Virus record (IMG/VR): IMGVR_UViG_3300037474_000032
Span: 1 to 42,109 of that record
Source: a virus
DNA length: 42,109 bases
Direction: 5' to 3' (one strand)
Part shown: one piece after another, positions 6,932 through 16,830 of the stretch
Layout of the letters: each line of letters begins with the position of its first letter
How positions within the stretch are numbered: the stretch's first letter is position 1
The notes under the pieces: generated by a model
Seen by the model: the letters and a program-made list of their open reading frames with translations, nothing else
Told to the model about the DNA's origin: nothing
The model's database searches: none
Made by a program: the position numbers and the translations under genes

Positions 6932-8240
6932 AGTCCCGCGCAAGTTAAAACCGTTACTAGGCAATAAACGATACAAGGGCGCGTACGGGGGTAGAGGCGG
7001 GGCTAAGTCCCACTTCTTTGCGGAACAGATCGTTCTCAGGTGCTATACCAGCTTTACAAGAGTCGTCTGCATCCGCGAAGTCCAAAACTCGATCAAGGAC
7101 TCAGTCAAACAACTCCTGATCGACAAGATTGCAAAGTTCGGACTGGAAGACAGTTTCCGCGAGCTGGAAGGCGAGATCAGAGGCCCGCACGGCTCAATCA
7201 TTATCTTTCGCGGGATGCAGTCCTATAACGCTGACAACATCAAATCCCTAGAGGGATACGATATAGCCTGGGTAGAAGAAGCCCAGACGCTAAGTCAGAC
7301 CAGCCTGGACCTACTTAGACCCACCTTGAGAAAGGACGGCTCTGAACTCTGGTTTAGCTGGAACCCACGATACAAGACCGACCCGGTAGACAAGTTCTTT
7401 CGGAAAAATCCTCCTGCTGAGGCTGTATCGGTCTTTGTGAACTGGCGGGATAACCCCTGGTTCCCACAGGTCTTGCAAAAGGAAATGGCCCATGACTTCC
7501 AAGTCGATCCTGACAAAGCGGAGCATATTTGGAACGGTGGATACGGGTCAAGCCAAGGCGCCATTCTTGCGCGATGGGTATCTCAGGCAGAGCGAGAGGG
7601 ACGCATACATGCTCAAGTTTTATATGACCCTTTCGGCTCCCCAATCGAAGTCTCTAGCGATTTGGGCTTCAGGGACACGGCGTCCTGGTGGTACTGGCAG
7701 CGAAAAGTAGGCGGCTACACCCTGCTCAAGTATGACGGCGATTCAGGTCTTGACGCTGATGACTGGATACCCCGCATTCAGGCTGAACTACTAGGTTTCA
7801 AGCTAGGGAAGATATGGCTGCCCCACGATGCCAAGGCAAAGACCTTCCAGTCCAAGCATACGAGTATCGAAAAGTTCCTCAAAGCCTTCCCTAGTCAGGT
7901 TGATGTAGTCCCCCAGACAAAGAAGCTTGACCAGATCAGCGCGGCTAGAGAAGTCATCCAACGCTGTGAATTTAGTAAAGATGATTGTGAGGACGGCCTA
8001 GACGGACTCAGGGCCTGGGAATACGAGTGGAACGACGACAACAACGTCTTCTCCAAAGAACCCCTACATAACTGGGCATCGCACCCATCAGACGCATTTG
8101 CGTATGGCTGTCAGGTCATGCAGCTATACGAACCCGTGAAGACAGTAGCCGACCCCATGAGGGGTATCACGGTAGGAAACAACAAGGTCACATTGGACGA
8201 ACTATGGCGCATGACGCCCAAACCATCACACAGGATATGA
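6864..8240 (+). CDS. terL: Terminase large subunit (PBSX-like family)
   Basis: 458 aa. It contains LKPLLGNKRYKGAYGGRGGAKSHFFA (Walker-A-like, typical of PBSX-type TerL) and a C-terminal nuclease region. The start could instead be TTG 6906. Confidence 0.85.
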   Translation: MGRAKTARFFTRSKLSSSTLRLEVPRKLKPLLGNKRYKGAYGGRGGAKSHFFAEQIVLRCYTSFTRVVCIREVQNSIKDSVKQLLIDKIAKFGLEDSFRELEGEIRGPHGSIIIFRGMQSYNADNIKSLEGYDIAWVEEAQTLSQTSLDLLRPTLRKDGSELWFSWNPRYKTDPVDKFFRKNPPAEAVSVFVNWRDNPWFPQVLQKEMAHDFQVDPDKAEHIWNGGYGSSQGAILARWVSQAEREGRIHAQVLYDPFGSPIEVSSDLGFRDTASWWYWQRKVGGYTLLKYDGDSGLDADDWIPRIQAELLGFKLGKIWLPHDAKAKTFQSKHTSIEKFLKAFPSQVDVVPQTKKLDQISAAREVIQRCEFSKDDCEDGLDGLRAWEYEWNDDNNVFSKEPLHNWASHPSDAFAYGCQVMQLYEPVKTVADPMRGITVGNNKVTLDELWRMTPKPSHRI

Positions 8241-8241
8241 C

Positions 8242-8511
8242 ATGGCATCGTTAGTGAATATGGGCGGTACCCCTGTCAATCTGTCAGCCTCTGGTGCGGT
8301 ATCCCTGACGCCTGGAACCCTGATTGGGTTCTATGTGAACAGCACATCTTCTGGGACCATCGTTCTTAAGGACGGCGGCACCAGCGGTACGGCTGTTACC
8401 GGAACCATTACCCCCGCGATCGGCTGGCACGCCTTTAACGGCACCTTTGCCACGAATTGCTATGCCACCCTCGGTTCAACCATCAACGTAACATTCATCT
8501 TCCAAGCCTGA
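8242..8511 (+). CDS. Small Gly/Thr/Ser-rich beta-type protein (hypothetical virion-associated)
   Basis: 89-aa ORF between terL and the portal gene. It has four N-x-S/T motifs. Its composition is similar to 10632..11009. Confidence 0.7.
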   Translation: MASLVNMGGTPVNLSASGAVSLTPGTLIGFYVNSTSSGTIVLKDGGTSGTAVTGTITPAIGWHAFNGTFATNCYATLGSTINVTFIFQA

Positions 8512-10631
8512 TGGCGATCAATGGTAAAGGGCGCCCTACCAAGGAGCAAAAGAAGGAACGGGACCTTTACCAAGAGTTAATGGGGCTAGTCACGGCCTAT
8601 GACCGTGATTTCGAGAAATGGACCAAGCGAACCGAAGAGATTATCAAGAAGTACCGGGACGAACAACGAAAGATTGGAGACACACAGTCCAAGTTCAACA
8701 TCCTGTGGAGCAATGTCCAGACCTTAGTCCCCGCGACTTACGCCAGACTTCCACAGCCTGATGTATCCCGGCGTTTTAAGGACCAAGACCCGGTTGGACG
8801 GGTGGGTGCTCTAATCATTGAGCGGGACCTGGACTACGACATCAACCACTATTCAGACTTCAGAAGCACCATGAAGTCGTGCGTATTGGACAGGTTCCTA
8901 GGTGGGCGTGGGACGGCCTGGGCGCGGTATGAACCCCATATCGAGGCCAAGGTACAAAACACCCCGACCGATGGGGTAAACGTCACCGAGGACATAGATG
9001 AGCCGGAAGAAGAACTCGACTACGAGTGCGCTCCCATTGATTATGTTCACTGGCGAGACTTCGGCCATAACGTCGCCCGGACCTGGGAAGAAGTCCATAC
9101 GGTATGGCGCAAGGTCTACATGGGTAGGCAGGCGTGTATTGATCGTTTCGGGGAAGAGTTAGGCAGTCAGATTCCTCTCGACTCTCGACCAGAGGGTCAG
9201 AATAAAGAGAAGGAAGACCAATCCGACACCAGGGCATTGGTCTACGAGTTCTGGGTAAAGACCAGCAAAAAAGCGCTGTGGGTATCTAAAAGCTTAGGGA
9301 AAGTACTAGACAAGCGCGATGATCCGCTTGAGTTGGAGCAGTTCTTCCCTTGTCCTAAACCCTTGTACGCCACGCTCAGTAATGAGAGTCTTGTGCCGGT
9401 TCCTGACTTCGCGTTGTATCAGGATCAAGCAAGAAGCCTGGATACGCTCTGTGACCGCATTGATGGTCTTATCCAGGCCCTACAAGTCAAAGGTGTCTAT
9501 AACTCGGAATTTCCAGAGATTGGCCGGTTGTTCACTGAGGCAACCAATACCAACCTGATCCCGGTAAAAGCCTTTAATGCCTTTGCTGAGAAGCAAGGGC
9601 TTAAAGGTGCATTGGATATGGTGGACTTGACGCCAATCTTCAATGCATTGACTTCGGCGTATGAGGCCTTTCAGCAAGTCCTCAAGCAGATTTACGACAT
9701 CACAGGTCTGGCTGACATTATCCGGGGCCAGTCAGAGGCTTCTGAGACCGCGACTGCTCAGCAGATTAAAGGGCAATACGCCAGCCTTCGTTTGAACTCG
9801 ATGAAGCATGACGTAGCGTTGTTTGCTACCGAAATCCTTCAGCTTAAAGCCCAAGTCATGTTGGGCAAGTTCGAGCAAAGTACCTTGCTAAAGATGGCGG
9901 CTGTAGACCAATTGAGCCAACAGGATCAGCAAATGATCCCGCAGGCCATGGAGCTACTTAAGAACGAACCCATGCAGGGCTTCCGCATTGATATTGCAGC
10001 GGACTCTCTTGTCCAGATCGATGAGCAGGAAGAGAAACAGGCCCGTACAGAGTTTATCAAGGTCATTGGGACGTATCTGAAAGACGCTCAGCCTGTTGTG
10101 CAGGGCGCTCCGATGCTTGCTCCTCTCGTACTCGAACTGCTTAAGTTCGGTGCGACTGCATTTAAGGTCGGGAAGACCGTTGAAGGCCTGATCGATGAAA
10201 CCGCTGAGAAGCTCAAGGCAGCAGCAGAACAAGCCATGAGCCAGCCCAAACCCGATCCTGAAATGGAGAAGGTCAAAGGTCAGCAGATGGCAGAACAAGC
10301 CAAATTGCAGGCAGACCAACAAGCAAAATCCGCTGAGTTCCAGCAAGAGCAGATGCGCATGCAGATGGAATCGCAGTTCGAACAACAGCGTCAGCAGATG
10401 GAAGAAGCCGCACGGGTACGGGAACTCCAGATGGAGGCCTCGATTGAACAGGCCAGGAACCAGATGGAAGCCCAAAGAGCGGCAATGCAGGCCCAGCTAG
10501 ACGCCGCCCTAAAGAGATTCGAAATTCAGGCTAACAACGAAGCAAAGATCGAAGTCGCGGAAATCTCCGCTAACGCCACCCTACAAGCAGCACAAACCAC
10601 TGCGGCAGAGTCCGCGACAGGAGCAGAGTAA
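8511..10631 (+). CDS. Portal protein with long C-terminal Q/E/M-rich coiled coil
   Basis: ATG 8511 overlaps the upstream TGA, within ORF 8457..10631. At 706 aa, its size and its position after terL fit a portal protein. The C-terminal ~130 aa are a low-complexity helical region, reminiscent of a P22-type barrel. Confidence 0.8.
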   Translation: MAINGKGRPTKEQKKERDLYQELMGLVTAYDRDFEKWTKRTEEIIKKYRDEQRKIGDTQSKFNILWSNVQTLVPATYARLPQPDVSRRFKDQDPVGRVGALIIERDLDYDINHYSDFRSTMKSCVLDRFLGGRGTAWARYEPHIEAKVQNTPTDGVNVTEDIDEPEEELDYECAPIDYVHWRDFGHNVARTWEEVHTVWRKVYMGRQACIDRFGEELGSQIPLDSRPEGQNKEKEDQSDTRALVYEFWVKTSKKALWVSKSLGKVLDKRDDPLELEQFFPCPKPLYATLSNESLVPVPDFALYQDQARSLDTLCDRIDGLIQALQVKGVYNSEFPEIGRLFTEATNTNLIPVKAFNAFAEKQGLKGALDMVDLTPIFNALTSAYEAFQQVLKQIYDITGLADIIRGQSEASETATAQQIKGQYASLRLNSMKHDVALFATEILQLKAQVMLGKFEQSTLLKMAAVDQLSQQDQQMIPQAMELLKNEPMQGFRIDIAADSLVQIDEQEEKQARTEFIKVIGTYLKDAQPVVQGAPMLAPLVLELLKFGATAFKVGKTVEGLIDETAEKLKAAAEQAMSQPKPDPEMEKVKGQQMAEQAKLQADQQAKSAEFQQEQMRMQMESQFEQQRQQMEEAARVRELQMEASIEQARNQMEAQRAAMQAQLDAALKRFEIQANNEAKIEVAEISANATLQAAQTTAAESATGAE

Positions 10632-11009
10632 ATGGCTTATGCAAAAGAACTCGTCGCAACCGGTTTTTCTCCGGGTCAAGCCGGGGGTGTTGGTGGTCAG
10701 TACAACGCCACCACAGCCGCAGGTAGTGCAATCACTGACGCCGCTACCGTGACAGCTTCCATGAGTGTTGTGGCCGGCGCTGATGGCACTAAAGGCGTCC
10801 TCCTGAATGGCCAGGTCGGGGATGAGGTTTGGCTGTTCAACAACAGCGCATCGACCCTCAAGGTTTATCCCGAGACTTCCTCGGTTGCCATCTGTGTTCC
10901 AGGAACGGGTACGGGCACAGGCGGAGCTGCATTTTCCCATCTGACCTACAAGACCGCGATCTACAAGAAAGTGACCTCCACTCAATGGCTGGTCAACGTC
11001 ACGGCATGA
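10632..11009 (+). CDS. Small Gly/Thr/Ala-rich beta-type protein (hypothetical head-associated)
   Basis: 125-aa ORF starting 1 nt after the portal stop. Confidence 0.7.
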   Translation: MAYAKELVATGFSPGQAGGVGGQYNATTAAGSAITDAATVTASMSVVAGADGTKGVLLNGQVGDEVWLFNNSASTLKVYPETSSVAICVPGTGTGTGGAAFSHLTYKTAIYKKVTSTQWLVNVTA

Positions 11010-11302
11010 GGAAGCGGTATATAGGTATCCCCGGTGGGGGATGGGCGGAACTCGGAGAACCCGAGACTTCTGATGGCGTGATGATCATGCCGGACATTGA
11101 ACCCTACCAGAACATGGTTGACGGCCAGATGATTACCAGTCGTTCCCAACATCGGGAATTCCTCAAGAAACACAACCTGGTCGAAGTCGGTAACGAGGTG
11201 AAGGCACATATGGATCAAGTCAAGCGGAAAGACATTCCGCGTGATCCTCGTTTGAAGCAAAGATTGATCGAAATCGCAGCGGAAAAACTCCGCTATGGCT
11301 GA
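11006..11302 (+). CDS. Hypothetical head-module protein
   Basis: ATG 11006 overlaps the upstream stop (ATGA), in frame with ORF 10829..11302. 98 aa. Confidence 0.65.
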   Translation: MRKRYIGIPGGGWAELGEPETSDGVMIMPDIEPYQNMVDGQMITSRSQHREFLKKHNLVEVGNEVKAHMDQVKRKDIPRDPRLKQRLIEIAAEKLRYG

Positions 11303-11726
11303 ACCGCTTGCCACAAAACTTGCGGCAATCATAGCGCAAGGGCAAGCACCGGTTTTGCCTGCAAATCAAGAGTTGGCCTATCAAATATGGCGACAAAAGA
11401 ACAATGTACCTGAGTCGTCTGATTACAACATGCGCGGCTTCTATCAGTCGCTTGCTCTGCCATCTGCCAGGGGTTCGGCCATCAATCCGAATGATGGGCA
11501 AATGCACTACCCAGACACTTTTAAGTTGCCAAATCATCCGACATTCTCCACGGATAGCGGGTACTACAACCCGGCAACAATGCCGCAAACGCCAACTTGG
11601 GCAGGTGGTCCCATAGGCGATACAGGACAAGAATCCTGGATGCTCAGACGCCCCAACGGACAAGTCGTTGAGCGAGAGGCGCCTTGGGTAAACAAGGGTT
11701 ACAAAAAAGGTTTGCTTTCATTTTAG
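11295..11726 (+). CDS. Hypothetical head-module protein
   Basis: 143-aa ORF with an 8-nt overlap with the upstream gene. Confidence 0.7.
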   Translation: MAEPLATKLAAIIAQGQAPVLPANQELAYQIWRQKNNVPESSDYNMRGFYQSLALPSARGSAINPNDGQMHYPDTFKLPNHPTFSTDSGYYNPATMPQTPTWAGGPIGDTGQESWMLRRPNGQVVEREAPWVNKGYKKGLLSF

Positions 11727-11750
11727 ACGCCCTACAGGCAAAGGATAGAT

Positions 11751-12782
11751 ATGGCTGACAGCCTCAGAGAAGCACTCGTTACCGCGATGGAAACTGCGCC
11801 AGTTGAGGTGGCTCCCGAACCCGCTCCCGTTGAGAGCGCCCCGGTCGAAACAGAGCAGCAGAAAGCGGACCGAGCAAGAGACGAGGCTGGACGCTTTACA
11901 AAGAATTCGACGGAACCGGCATTAGGTGGGGGGAAGCCAACAGCTAATGCAGTGACCCCTGCCGTGCAGCCGGCTGCCGTCGAACCACGTAAGCCGCCTT
12001 CTTCATGGAAGAAAGAATATTGGGAGCAATTCGCCCAACTCCCCGAACCCGTTGCAAAGTACATTGGGGAACGCGAGGAACAGTTCGCCTCAGGTGTTTC
12101 GACCTACAAGCAAGAGGCTGAGAGAGCCAAAGTCCTGTGGGATGCGATTGCCCCATTCCAGGAGGATTTGAACCGATACAACATCCAGCCCACTGACTGG
12201 ATTCGGCAACTCGGCACAGCCCACCAGATGCTGGCTAAGGGCTCTCCAGAGCAGAAGCTTCAGATGTTCCAGAAGCTTGCCCAAGATTACAACGTCCCTT
12301 TGCATGCCGTGCAAACGGGACAGGTTGACCCAGTTTCGCAGTATGTATCCCCGTTGCAAGAGCAAGTGCGCCAACTCCAAGGCCAACTCAACAGTTGGCA
12401 GCAGGAGAAGGAGCAAAGCGAGCAACAGAAATTGCAGTCCGATATACAAGCATTCGCAGCACAGCATGAGCATTACGAAGCGGTAAGAGACCAAATGGCG
12501 GGACTACTCCAGTCAGGAATCGCAACCGACCTTCAAGGCGCCTACGACAAAGCCCTAAGACTCAATGACGACCTTTGGAAAGCCGAACAACAACGGCAAT
12601 CCGAAGCGGCAGCAGAACGCCAGCGTCAAGAGCAGCAGGCCCGCGTCAACAAAGCCAAGTCCAACGCTGTCAGCCCACGTTCGGATACACCGAGCGGAAG
12701 CATGGTAGGCGAAGGAAAAAAAGGTCTGCGCAGCAACCTGGAAGAAGCAGCAGCTTCAATTCTGGGAGGCGGCAGGTTATGA
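11751..12782 (+). CDS. Scaffolding protein (putative)
   Basis: 343 aa, acidic and Q-rich with predicted coiled coil. It lies immediately upstream of the capsid gene. SD aaggatag. Confidence 0.65.
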   Translation: MADSLREALVTAMETAPVEVAPEPAPVESAPVETEQQKADRARDEAGRFTKNSTEPALGGGKPTANAVTPAVQPAAVEPRKPPSSWKKEYWEQFAQLPEPVAKYIGEREEQFASGVSTYKQEAERAKVLWDAIAPFQEDLNRYNIQPTDWIRQLGTAHQMLAKGSPEQKLQMFQKLAQDYNVPLHAVQTGQVDPVSQYVSPLQEQVRQLQGQLNSWQQEKEQSEQQKLQSDIQAFAAQHEHYEAVRDQMAGLLQSGIATDLQGAYDKALRLNDDLWKAEQQRQSEAAAERQRQEQQARVNKAKSNAVSPRSDTPSGSMVGEGKKGLRSNLEEAAASILGGGRL

Positions 12783-12801
12783 ACCTGATTAGGAGTCCAT
12801 T

Positions 12802-13833
12802 ATGGCATTCGCCAATAGTGCGATTTCGGACATCATCGCGACCACGATTCAATCTCGTACCGGTGAACTAGCCGACAACTGCACGAACAACAACGCCCTG
12901 CTGCGCCGCCTGAAAAGCAGGGGGAACGTCAAGACGTTCTCTGGCGGTAACGTCATCCTGCAAGAAATCATGTACAACGACTCCGCGCAAGCGAACGTCA
13001 ACTCGTACAGCGGCTTTGAAACCATTAACATTGGTGTCAACAGCCCGATTTCCGCAGCGCAGTTTCCGATTTCGCAATACGCGGCATCGGTCACTATTTC
13101 CGGCCTGGAAATGCTGCAAAACAGTTCCAAGGAGGCAATCATCGACCTGATGGAAGGTCGCATGGCTGTCACCGAAGCCCAGTTGAATGACCGGATCGCC
13201 AACGACCTGTACCTCGACGGTACCGGGAACGCGGGTAAGAACCTGATCGGCCTGAAAGCGGCTGTTCCGGATACCGCGACCTCCGGGACTTACGGTGGCA
13301 TCAATCGTGCCACCTGGACTTTCTGGCAGTCCAAGTCCTACTCCGGTGTGACCAATGGTGGCGCTGCTGTTACCGCTGCCAACATCCAGGCCTACATGAC
13401 CGCGCTGGCCATTCAAATGGTCCGTGGGAATGACAAGACCGACTTGATTGTCGCTGACAACACCTACTACCAGTACTACGTCAACTCGCTGCAAGCAATT
13501 CAGCGAGTGACGACCAATGGTTCGGGTGAAGCCGGCGCTTTGGGTGCCTCCATGAAGTTCTATGGTGGTGGGATGGAAGCTGATGTGGTTCTCGACGGCG
13601 GTCTGTACACCGGTGGGGACTCGGTCAACACCTCATGGTCTGGGGCTTCTTCGGCGCACATGTATTTCCTGAATACGAAATACATCTTCTTCCGTCCTCA
13701 CAAGGACCGCAACTTTGTACCGATCGGCGGCGAACGGCAAGCCGTTAACCAAGACGCAGTCGTGAAGCTGTACGGCTGGGCGGGGAATCTGACCTGCTCC
13801 GGATCGCAGTTTCAGGGCGTGCTGGTCGCTTAA
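12802..13833 (+). CDS. Major capsid protein
   Basis: 343 aa with SD aggag upstream. Position after the scaffold gene, size and composition are typical of a podovirus major capsid protein. Confidence 0.75.
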   Translation: MAFANSAISDIIATTIQSRTGELADNCTNNNALLRRLKSRGNVKTFSGGNVILQEIMYNDSAQANVNSYSGFETINIGVNSPISAAQFPISQYAASVTISGLEMLQNSSKEAIIDLMEGRMAVTEAQLNDRIANDLYLDGTGNAGKNLIGLKAAVPDTATSGTYGGINRATWTFWQSKSYSGVTNGGAAVTAANIQAYMTALAIQMVRGNDKTDLIVADNTYYQYYVNSLQAIQRVTTNGSGEAGALGASMKFYGGGMEADVVLDGGLYTGGDSVNTSWSGASSAHMYFLNTKYIFFRPHKDRNFVPIGGERQAVNQDAVVKLYGWAGNLTCSGSQFQGVLVA

Positions 13834-13842
13834 GGAGCAATC

Positions 13843-14373
13843 ATGGCCTACACCTTTACCGACCCGCGCTTGGGTCTGCCCAACATTACCAGCATTACCT
13901 CTGTGGCCTCCGCAGGTCTGTTGAACTCCACCGGCATCCCGGTCGGGACCATTGTTCGCGGTTCCGATCCGAGCCTTGGCGGGGGTGAGTTCATCTACCT
14001 TCCGGGGGTTTCCTCGTGCGTCGCCGGTTCCGTGGTGACGTTCAACCAGTCGGCCAATACCGTGATCTTGACGCCGAACACGGGCACCTACGCCGCCGCT
14101 CCCGTAGCGGTTGCCATGGCTGCAAATACCAGCGCCACAGCTCTTAGCTGGTATCAGATCGAGGGAGCCGCGACTGTCGCAAAAACGGCTGCCAAAATCA
14201 GCCCGCTGGTTACGCTGTACATCAGCAGCACGGCAGGCAAGGTGCAATCCACCCTGGCTACCGGTCTTCAAGTGGTTGGCGCCCGTTCGATCAACGCCGC
14301 CACTGTTGCCAGCGCTACCGCAACGGTCCTTGTGATTCTGGACCGTCCGCACATGCAAGGCTCGAAGACCTGA
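13843..14373 (+). CDS. Putative capsid decoration/cement protein
   Basis: 176-aa Ala/Thr/Val/Gly-rich protein directly after the capsid gene. SD aaggag. Confidence 0.55.
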   Translation: MAYTFTDPRLGLPNITSITSVASAGLLNSTGIPVGTIVRGSDPSLGGGEFIYLPGVSSCVAGSVVTFNQSANTVILTPNTGTYAAAPVAVAMAANTSATALSWYQIEGAATVAKTAAKISPLVTLYISSTAGKVQSTLATGLQVVGARSINAATVASATATVLVILDRPHMQGSKT

Positions 14374-14789
14374 TGTTCAGTGGGTTGAAAACTCTGTTGA
14401 GTTATTGGCCCAAATTTCCCCTGACCGATCTACAAACCATCGTAGACGGTCGGGGGACTTTAGTCGTAATGGAGAAGCTTGGCTTCGATTTCAAGCGAGC
14501 CTACTTTCTCCGGGATGTCACAAAAACCAGGGGCGGGCACGCTCACAAGGCATGCCGTCGCCTCATGGTTGCGGTCAATGGCTCTTTCAATCTCAACATG
14601 AGAAACAGAGGGGGCTATACAGATTTCATCATGAACGACCCAACAAAGGGCCAGATCATCGAGCCTTTGACGTGGTGCGAATTAACTGATTTCAGTCCGG
14701 ATGCGATTTGCCTTGTCCTCGCTTCTCATGAGCATGACGAGTCAGACGTGATTCGAGACTACAAAGAATTCCTGAAACTGCTTCGATGA
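14373..14789 (+). CDS. FdtA/WxcM-like cupin: dTDP-4-keto-6-deoxy-sugar 3,4-ketoisomerase family
   Basis: 138 aa. Motifs DGRGTLVVMEK...FDFKRAYFLRDV...RGGHAHK...LASHEHDESDVIRDY match the FdtA-type sugar isomerase domain. Confidence 0.7.
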   Translation: MFSGLKTLLSYWPKFPLTDLQTIVDGRGTLVVMEKLGFDFKRAYFLRDVTKTRGGHAHKACRRLMVAVNGSFNLNMRNRGGYTDFIMNDPTKGQIIEPLTWCELTDFSPDAICLVLASHEHDESDVIRDYKEFLKLLR

Positions 14790-16822
14790 TATCTCTGATC
14801 CTTCCATATTGGGATAGACAGGAAGCGGCAAACGAAGCATTGGCTTTACTCGACAAGACCTATCAAGGCATGGACCTTGAATTGGTCATCGTTAATGACG
14901 GGGGAGATTTTGTCCTTCCGAAACTCAGTCTTAAAACGACCGTTGTGGACCTCCCAAAGAAGTCCGAACCCAAGTGCCCTTGTACTGCCTGGAATGCCGG
15001 CGTAGAGGCTGCTAGCGGGTTCTATGTCGTTCTAAGCTGTATCGAGATACTGCACGAACGACCCGTTTTACAAAGTATGGCGTCGGAACTCGATTCCCTA
15101 GGGCCAATGGGGTATGTCCTGGCTGCGGCTTGGTGTCCCGAGGGGGGATGGCATTGCCATTCTTCTGTGCCTGTACCGACCTGTCCTTCTGGGACGGGGA
15201 TAGCTTTCTGCGGGATGCTGCGAAAGGCCCTATTCCAAAAAGTAGGGGGCTTTGATGAGGAATACAGAGAAGGCGCCGGTTATGAGGACCGCGACCTAAT
15301 CAACAGGCTGTTTGCATTCGGCGCAAAGTTCGTCATTCGCGATGATCTTATCGTCACCCACCCTAAAAAGGGCGCCACGATCTATTGGGGCGCCGATAAG
15401 TTTGCCAGGAACGAGGCACTTTATTTTAAGAAGTGGCCTAACTCGATAGTCCGTATCTGCTGCGTGAACTATGGCAACTATCTTGGAAGAGGTTCGGAAT
15501 ACGTTAACAATCTGTATCGCATGGTGGCTAGAAACGCCACTGCGTTTCGGTTTACTTGCTTTACTGATGACGATTCCGGGTTAGACGAGGGAATCGAGGC
15601 TAAGAGACTCCCAGTCTCCCTAATGGGCTGGGACAACAAGATAGCTTTATTCCACCCTGAGACTTTTGCAAAGGGTGAGCGAGTCGTTTATTTCGACCTC
15701 GATACCCTGATTCTCTCTCCGATAGACAACCTTCTTTCGTATAGAGGGCGATTCGCTGTCCTGAGAGATTTTTGGAGGCCTGAAGGTCTTGGACCTGCGG
15801 TCATGATGTGGGAGTCTGGGACTCATGACTGGATTTGGACGGAATACGAGCAAAGAGGGCGTCCTGATTTAGTAAGAGGGGATCAGGAATGGCTGGAAGA
15901 AGTCCTAAAAGATCGAGACATTCTCCAGGCTGTATTCCCGGACTTCTTTGTTTCGTACAAGACTCACTGCAATCCTTATCCCCCTGAAAAGGCGGGTGTG
16001 GTTTGTTTCCACGGTCTTCCAAGACCACACGAATGTACACAAAAGTGGGTACAAGACACATGGAGCGGAGAGGCCTCCAGGCTCAATCTTCATATTGCGG
16101 TCAATACCGATGTAAAGAAGATCCTCTCCAATGTCTGGGAAAACCGGGATGCAGCCCCTTGGATATGTTCTTCTCCAAAACATGAGGGAGAAGCTCTTAT
16201 CGTCGGGAGTGGGCCGAGTCTTTTGAAGACTCTGGAAGCTGTCAGGGCATACAAAGACGGCGGGGGCGTGATATTCGCCCTCAATAATTCAGCCAGTGTA
16301 TTGAATGAAGCCGGGATCATTCCAGACTATCAAGTCATCCTCGATGCACGGCCAGAGAACATCAAGTTTCTGACGAATTGCGGGATTTATCTTTTAGCTT
16401 CACAAGTTGACCCCTCGCTTTTTAAGCAGGTAAGTGGTCATGCTCTCCAATGGCATCCGGTGATTGAGGGTCTTGGCGAGTTATTTCCAGATGCCCCGAT
16501 AACCCTAATCGGCGGTGGTACGACAGTCGGTCTTTCTTCGATGGCCCTTGCGTATGCGATGGGCTTTAGAAAGCTGCACCTGTTTGGGTATGACTCAAGT
16601 TTCACTGAGGTTACCCACGCCATTCCACAGGACAGAACCGAACAAGAGGCGGCTTCTTTTGAAGTCTCTGTCGGTGAAAAAACATTTAAGACAAATGCCG
16701 CAATGGCGAAACAGGCAGAACTGTTCCCACAGTTTGCCCAGACCCTGGCGGATTTGGACGTTGTGATCAAGGTTTACGGAGAAGGGCTGCTCCCCCACAT
16801 CGCCCACACCTTAACTACTTAA
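14786..16822 (+). CDS. Three-domain glycosyltransferase (GT2-like + second GT-A/DxD domain + DUF115/Maf-like domain)
   Basis: 678 aa. N-terminus ISLILPYWDR...LELVIVNDGGD is GT2-like. The middle region, CVNYGNYLG...GWDNKIALF...VVYFDLDTLI, is a nucleotide-sugar transferase with a DxD motif. The C-terminus ALIVGSGPSL...FALNNS...PDYQVILDARPEN is MptE/DUF115-like, as in Maf flagellin glycosyltransferases. Confidence 0.75.
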   Translation: MISLILPYWDRQEAANEALALLDKTYQGMDLELVIVNDGGDFVLPKLSLKTTVVDLPKKSEPKCPCTAWNAGVEAASGFYVVLSCIEILHERPVLQSMASELDSLGPMGYVLAAAWCPEGGWHCHSSVPVPTCPSGTGIAFCGMLRKALFQKVGGFDEEYREGAGYEDRDLINRLFAFGAKFVIRDDLIVTHPKKGATIYWGADKFARNEALYFKKWPNSIVRICCVNYGNYLGRGSEYVNNLYRMVARNATAFRFTCFTDDDSGLDEGIEAKRLPVSLMGWDNKIALFHPETFAKGERVVYFDLDTLILSPIDNLLSYRGRFAVLRDFWRPEGLGPAVMMWESGTHDWIWTEYEQRGRPDLVRGDQEWLEEVLKDRDILQAVFPDFFVSYKTHCNPYPPEKAGVVCFHGLPRPHECTQKWVQDTWSGEASRLNLHIAVNTDVKKILSNVWENRDAAPWICSSPKHEGEALIVGSGPSLLKTLEAVRAYKDGGGVIFALNNSASVLNEAGIIPDYQVILDARPENIKFLTNCGIYLLASQVDPSLFKQVSGHALQWHPVIEGLGELFPDAPITLIGGGTTVGLSSMALAYAMGFRKLHLFGYDSSFTEVTHAIPQDRTEQEAASFEVSVGEKTFKTNAAMAKQAELFPQFAQTLADLDVVIKVYGEGLLPHIAHTLTT

Positions 16823-16830
16823 GGATACCC

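Noticed and set aside
9954-10475. 173-aa minus-strand ORF opposite the portal C-terminus
   Set aside because: It is the low-complexity L/F/H-rich mirror of the Q/E/M-rich coiled-coil coding region, and is not credible as a gene.
12868-14358. Long minus-strand ORFs (12868..13494, 13633..14358) opposite the capsid and decoration genes
   Set aside because: These are typical antisense open frames in GC-rich coding DNA. The plus-strand genes have SDs, coupling and protein-like sequences.
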